This document shows, in pieces, positions 59,001 through 64,000 of a stretch of DNA of 64,000 bases. The notes beneath the pieces are model-generated. The model saw only the letters and a program-made list of their open reading frames with translations, ran no database searches and had not been told where the DNA came from. The position numbers were made by a program, and so were the translations under genes. The stretch comes from the human T2T-CHM13v2.0 reference genome, Homo sapiens, in assembly GCF_009914755.1 (NCBI RefSeq), contig NC_060939.1; one strand, 5' to 3'. The first letter of the stretch is position 1; each line of letters begins with the position of its first letter.

Positions 59001-59831
59001 TCAATAAAGCTAAAAGGACCGGTGTACTTAGGGTATTGGTTTGTGTCCAAATGGTTTTATGTAAAAACGTAGACTTCCCTGGTGGCCTGGTGTCAGCTGT
59101 GCCACTTCATCCCTGCCTTGCTTTGCTTGATTGGTTATCATGAAATCATTGTATTTCTTTTAATTCCCTTTCACCCTGATTCAGGGTCATTCGTGTCATT
59201 GTCTCCACGTTGGTCGTAGTAAGCATAGGGAAATACTCGACTTAAGAATTTGGGGCTAATACTTGGGTAATGCTGGGAATTTGGCAACACCATAAGCAAA
59301 GAGCTAAGGAGAGATTATGACAGGATCATCAGCCCTCTGGCTATTTTTGAGGCAGCTTGAGCGTTTTATGCGGGGCAGAGACAAGCTGTATTAGATATAT
59401 TTCAGGACTGGGGGAAGGGAAGAGGATTGGAATTTAATTAAAATTCTTATCCCAACTTTGCCCATCTTCTTGCCAAGTCAGCAGCTAGCATTTCTGCTCA
59501 TGGTTCTGGTGGCTCTGCTGTGATGACATACAATTACCTCCAAAATTCTCGTGAATTTGCTGAAAACTTCAATAATGCTCAACCAGATGCTTTAATCAGG
59601 CCTGGCATGTTGCCATCTTTTGCCTGTGTTTTTGGCGATACCTGATCTACCACTGCCAGCATTCCTGGTGGGAGAGGGGCTTTGGAGGGAGCTGATGGTG
59701 AAAACTGAGCTGATTACAAACAAGAAAACCGCTTCATTGCAGCATAGAGATCTTTCCAAACTGCTTCTGTTTTCCAGGTAGCTCAGTGGCATTTCTGAGC
59801 AGGGGCCACCCTGACTTCACCTTGGCCCACC

Positions 59832-59940
59832 ATGAGGGTCTTCCTGCTTTGTGCCTACATACTGCTGCTGATGGTTTCCCAGTTGAGGGCAGTCAGCTTT
59901 CCTGAAGATGATGAACCCCTTAATACTGTCGACTATCACT
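59832..59940 (+). CDS. SEMA6D: SEMA6D first coding exon (exon spans 59778-59940, including 54 nt of 5'UTR); signal peptide MRVFLLCAYILLLMVSQLRA then VSFPEDDEPLNTVDYH
   Basis: Acceptor ttttccag ends at 59777; Kozak CCACCATGA; donor GTAAGT at 59941; translation matches my recall of the semaphorin-6D N-terminus. Confidence 0.97.
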
Positions 59941-60341
59941 GTAAGTCGTCTCAAGAACAGTCTTCTATTCTGAGAAGGAAGCTTTTCTGTTTTTCATTCT
60001 GTAAGCATGTTCATTTTCAGAAAGAGGCAGAGATTTTTTATGTCTTAACCTTGAATTTGCATCTGAGTTTATCAGTAATCATTTCCTAGTGTTTGGAGAA
60101 AACGGGGCAGTTTTGTTGGGTGCTTTTCTACAGCAACCTGTATATAGGTTATATATTTTGAGTTAAAAGAAAAAGACCATTTGCTGACATTCACTGCCTT
60201 TTATTCATTTATATTCAAGACCTTAAGAGAGGAATTTAGTTAAAACCCTTCTACAACAAGTATATACAGCTAATCAATGCTGTTTATTGATCCCTCAGCT
60301 CCATAATCCTGAATGATGGTTTAGCCCATTTTTACTTGCAG

Positions 60342-60453
60342 ATTCAAGGCAATATCCGGTTTTTAGAGGACGCCCTTCAGGCAATGAATCGCAGCACAGG
60401 CTGGACTTTCAGCTGATGTTGAAAATTCGAGACACACTTTATATTGCTGGCAG
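60342..60453 (+). CDS. SEMA6D: SEMA6D coding exon 2 (YSRQYPVFRGRPSGNESQHRLDFQLMLKIRDTLYIAGR)
   Basis: ttttacttgcag acceptor, CAG|GTAATT donor, 112 nt, phase-compatible with both neighbours. Confidence 0.96.
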
Positions 60454-61015
60454 GTAATTTTCCTCTCATTGGTTTATTAGATTAAAATTCTTTTCTCTTG
60501 TGGTGCTTGCATTAGTGTGTCTAGTTCATGAAAAACTAATATGTGATTGTGATCAAAAATTGCAAGTAGCCAGAAATATTCACTGAGAAGAGTCAGTGTT
60601 GTGTACCGGGAACAAAATACAGAGCTCAAGCTTTCAGCGGTGCTATTTTATTACTGCCATCAAGAAATCATACACCATTCTTTTTTCCTAAAGCAGCAGG
60701 GGAAAAAAAAAAACCTTTCTTTATGCGTTTTTAACTTAGAATTATTCAAGCAAATATTAGAAATATGTCTATGCTAATACCAAGTAGCAGTTTGACCCAT
60801 GCCTGGAGAGAAGAGCTTTCTTTGCTCTCTGACTACAGTGATATATAAAAGCATCTCACTAATGAAAAAGTACTCTTTGTTGACTTTGTTTGAGACAGAG
60901 AAAATCCAGATGATCTCTAAAACACAATAAAGGCAGATCTGTAAAAATAAAAAAGGAAGCAGCTTAACATTTTTATGTATTCACGTGATATGTTTTATTG
61001 CCTTATTTCCAACAG

Positions 61016-61076
61016 GGATCAAGTTTATACAGTAAACTTAAATGAAATGCCCAAAACAGAAGTAATACCCAACAAG
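61016..61076 (+). CDS. SEMA6D: SEMA6D coding exon 3 (DQVYTVNLNEMPKTEVIPNK)
   Basis: ttccaacag acceptor, AAG|GTGAGC donor, 61 nt, in frame. Confidence 0.96.
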
Positions 61077-61195
61077 GTGAGCAACTGTAGTTGGCAAATT
61101 TATTTACCTTCCCTCTGAACCTGATTAATTTTCCCACTGCCTCCCCAAAAATGTTCGCAGTTAAAAACTGCTTTGGTTTTGCTTGATTAATACAG

Positions 61196-61258
61196 AAACT
61201 GACATGGCGATCAAGACAACAGGATCGAGAAAACTGTGCTATGAAAGGCAAGCATAAA
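61196..61258 (+). CDS. SEMA6D: SEMA6D coding exon 4 (KLTWRSRQQDRENCAMKGKHK)
   Basis: tacag acceptor, AAA|GTGAGT donor, 63 nt; Sema-domain W...C..KGK motif. Confidence 0.96.
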
Positions 61259-61367
61259 GTGAGTGAAACAGAAAAATGTCTGCTAGATTTAGTCTTTCTG
61301 TGGGCTTGATACCACAGTGCCAGCATGTTCAAATGTCTAATATTAATGTAACTACTACTTTCTTTAG

Positions 61368-61469
61368 GATGAATGCCACAACTTTATCAAAGTATTTGTT
61401 CCAAGAAACGATGAGATGGTTTTTGTTTGTGGTACCAATGCATTCAATCCCATGTGTAGATACTACAGG
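61368..61469 (+). CDS. SEMA6D: SEMA6D coding exon 5 (DECHNFIKVFVPRNDEMVFVCGTNAFNPMCRYYR)
   Basis: ctttctttag acceptor, AGG|GTAAGT donor, 102 nt; hallmark Sema motifs ECHNFI and CGTNAFNP.C. Confidence 0.97.
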
Positions 61470-61698
61470 GTAAGTATATTTTATGTGATATGCTTCTTTT
61501 GATCAACTTTTCTCCCTTCACTGATATGCTGTTAGAGTTGAAATCTTTCTGCTTTCCAGTAATTTGTTTTATCTCTAGTGCAATGAAAGAATAAAGACAG
61601 AATTCTTCAAATGGAATTTTAATACAAATAAAATAGTATTGCCTTCAAACGGGCACGTTGAATAGATATGACACTGGCTATTTACTTTTCTTTTGTAG

Positions 61699-61789
61699 TT
61701 GAGTACCTTAGAATATGATGGGGAAGAAATTAGTGGCCTGGCAAGATGCCCATTTGATGCCAGACAAACCAATGTTGCCCTCTTTGCTG
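61699..61789 (+). CDS. SEMA6D: SEMA6D coding exon 6 (LSTLEYDGEEISGLARCPFDARQTNVALFA)
   Basis: ttttcttttgtag acceptor, CTG|GTAAGA donor, 91 nt; G.ARCPFD Sema motif. Confidence 0.97.
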
Positions 61790-62237
61790 GTAAGATCCTT
61801 TAGCGTAATGAATATAAATGATTAATGACATTGAAGGTGAAAAAGGAATTTAATGGAAGAGTAAAAGTTAATAACTTGGATACCCACCTTGATCTAAGTG
61901 TTCGAAAGGCTAGAATCTATGCACAAATTTCCAAAAAAAGAAGAAATTAAGGGCAAGGATATTTCAGTGCACACTATAAGTATTATGACACCGTGTTGTT
62001 AACTAGGCCAGTGGCCCCCGATAAGTTGCTTAAGTTTTTGATGCCTAGATCCCTGTAAAATTAGATAATATCATGGCTGACCTGTCACATGTTGATGGTG
62101 AGAATCAGGTGTAGCCCTATTTGTATAGATAATGGTAATACCAGTGAGAGCGCTCCAAAGGGCATAACACGCTGCCAAAGCTAACACACTGCAGGATAAT
62201 TATGGTTATCTTACCAAAATTATACCTTTGGTTTCAG

Positions 62238-62357
62238 ATGGGAAGCTGTATTCTGCCACAGTGGCTGACTTCTTGGCCAGCGATGCCGTTATTTATCGAA
62301 GCATGGGTGATGGATCTGCCCTTCGCACAATAAAATATGATTCCAAATGGATAAAAG
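62238..62357 (+). CDS. SEMA6D: SEMA6D coding exon 7 ([40 protein letters not shown])
   Basis: gtttcag acceptor, AAG|GTACCT donor, 120 nt; lies within ORF 62228-62509. Confidence 0.96.
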
Positions 62358-63053
62358 GTACCTTTGAAGAGCAGTGTCGTGGGGTCACCAGGATAGTGGA
62401 TGGCCCAAGTGGGGACAGCAGCCACGGCCATCAAGAGGTTCAGCGCATGACTTTATATTGTTTATTTAGAACAAGTACACACTGCTTTGATTGTGAACAG
62501 GAGCATTGACAGGGAATGAGGAGGCTGGTAGCCATGTCAGAAGAGTAAGTTCATCCAGGTGTTTATCCTAGGTGACCTCAAAAAAAAAAGGGGAGATTTC
62601 ATCTCTGTGTGTGCCAATTTGTCTAACTTTCTAAATGCACATAATACTACTTGCCATCTACCCATCTTGGAAAGTTACCAGAGAGAATCGATTAGTCCGT
62701 ATGAGAGCCATTTTGTTCTTCAGAGTCTAGAAATCAAGATTTTTTATTTTCAGTGTAAGAGGTTTTCTTCCCTAGTTAAATAGGTTAATGAATAAATCTG
62801 TTGAAACAAAGACCTTTGCTGTAGTTCAGTTCCCTGTAGGTCTTTTTACAGTCCATTAGCTGACTTTAGAGATGACTGGTTCCCTGAAGCTTGAACACAC
62901 CCATATTGGGACTCCTCAAAGTCATTGGCAGATTGGAGTTCTTGTTGGCTTGAATGTAATTGTGCAACATCTGTCAGTCATGCTTTGCAGTCGGGGTCTT
63001 ATGCTAATTGAATTATCCTTTAGGAACCAGTTTGTTTTTAATTTTTCTTTCAG

Positions 63054-63142
63054 AGCCACACTTTCTTCATGCCATAGAATATGGAAACTATGTCTATTTC
63101 TTCTTTCGAGAAATCGCTGTCGAACATAATAATTTAGGCAAG
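63054..63142 (+). CDS. SEMA6D: SEMA6D coding exon 8 (EPHFLHAIEYGNYVYFFFREIAVEHNNLGK), ending at a GC donor
   Basis: tttttctttcag acceptor; AAG|GCAAGT keeps frame (cumulative CDS 747 nt = 249 codons); VYFFFRE Sema motif. Confidence 0.94.
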
Positions 63143-63779
63143 GCAAGTATATGCATTTGGCTTGAATTGTGGACTTGTACTGCATGAAATTGAGACCACT
63201 GTGATAGAGTTAAGGATGCTCACTTGGCATGTTTTCCAGCTCTCAATTCAGTATACATAGGGCCAACTGCAGAGAGGTGGGTTGCTTATCATGAGAATAA
63301 TTGCTGGAAAACATCTGAACAATAACCTGAGTGGGAACAGCAGCCTTGAGTTTTGAGAAGGTATCGTTTTTTTTCCTGCAGCCACAGAGAGTGTTCTACA
63401 GGTACCCTTGAGCTACGGATGCTTTTTTTACTCTTTAGAAAACCACTGATAGTCTATTCTTTCTCAGCGTCAAAAGACAGGATAGAAAGTAGCGACCCCA
63501 TTCAATTTTTAGTGTTTCAGTGAAAGCCCATGTGATTTTAAAGTATTGCAACCCCTTCTATGCCAAGTTGAAAGATGACATGTTTCATTAACAATACAGG
63601 AAGCAAAGTTGGAGACCAAGTGCAGGGATGGTTTTCATTCAGCAAGGCAGATAGACAGCTCACTTCTTGGGAAGGATGCTTAGCAAAATAGGAAAGTGGC
63701 TCTTTTTTCCCCACAGGTGAATCTAGTTTACCTTCTTACTGAACAGATCCCTAGAGAGAAGACTGCTAGATTTTTTTGA

Positions 63780-64000
<221 letters not shown>

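Noticed and set aside
59941-60089. 85-aa ORF 59832-60089 as a short secreted protein
   Set aside because: It is the first coding exon reading through a consensus GTAAGT donor into the intron; I see no evidence for an intronic terminal exon

Overview
Human genomic DNA: an AluYa5 is present and the exons translate to what I recognise as semaphorin-6D. The window covers the 5' part of SEMA6D on the + strand. It has about 17 kb of repeat-rich upstream sequence, a CpG-island promoter (~17.0-19.3 kb) with two candidate alternative non-coding first exons (donors after 17708 and 18887), and a ~41-42 kb first intron. Nine coding exons follow (59832-64000, signal peptide plus N-terminal Sema domain, last one cut by the window edge); all phases join in frame, and one intron is GC-AG. 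Intron 1 carries an antisense RPL7A processed pseudogene with TSDs and two frameshifts, plus many Alu, L1, L2, MIR, MLT and MER copies. I see no convincing new multi-gene system. The most interesting items are: (i) promoter-specific uORFs, including a strong-Kozak 41-aa signal-peptide-like poly-Ala uORF and a uORF completed by the exon junction; (ii) a 22-bp micro-inversion that flips an L1PA tail; (iii) a near-consensus AluYa5 with a perfect TSD; (iv) a tandem duplication of a 33-bp unit plus (TG)n just after the first donor; (v) an unexplained exact 19-mer on both sides of the promoter; (vi) candidate cryptic or poison exons. Exon numbers are my own count from the local first exons. Boundaries and subfamilies of old repeats were judged by eye and are approximate.
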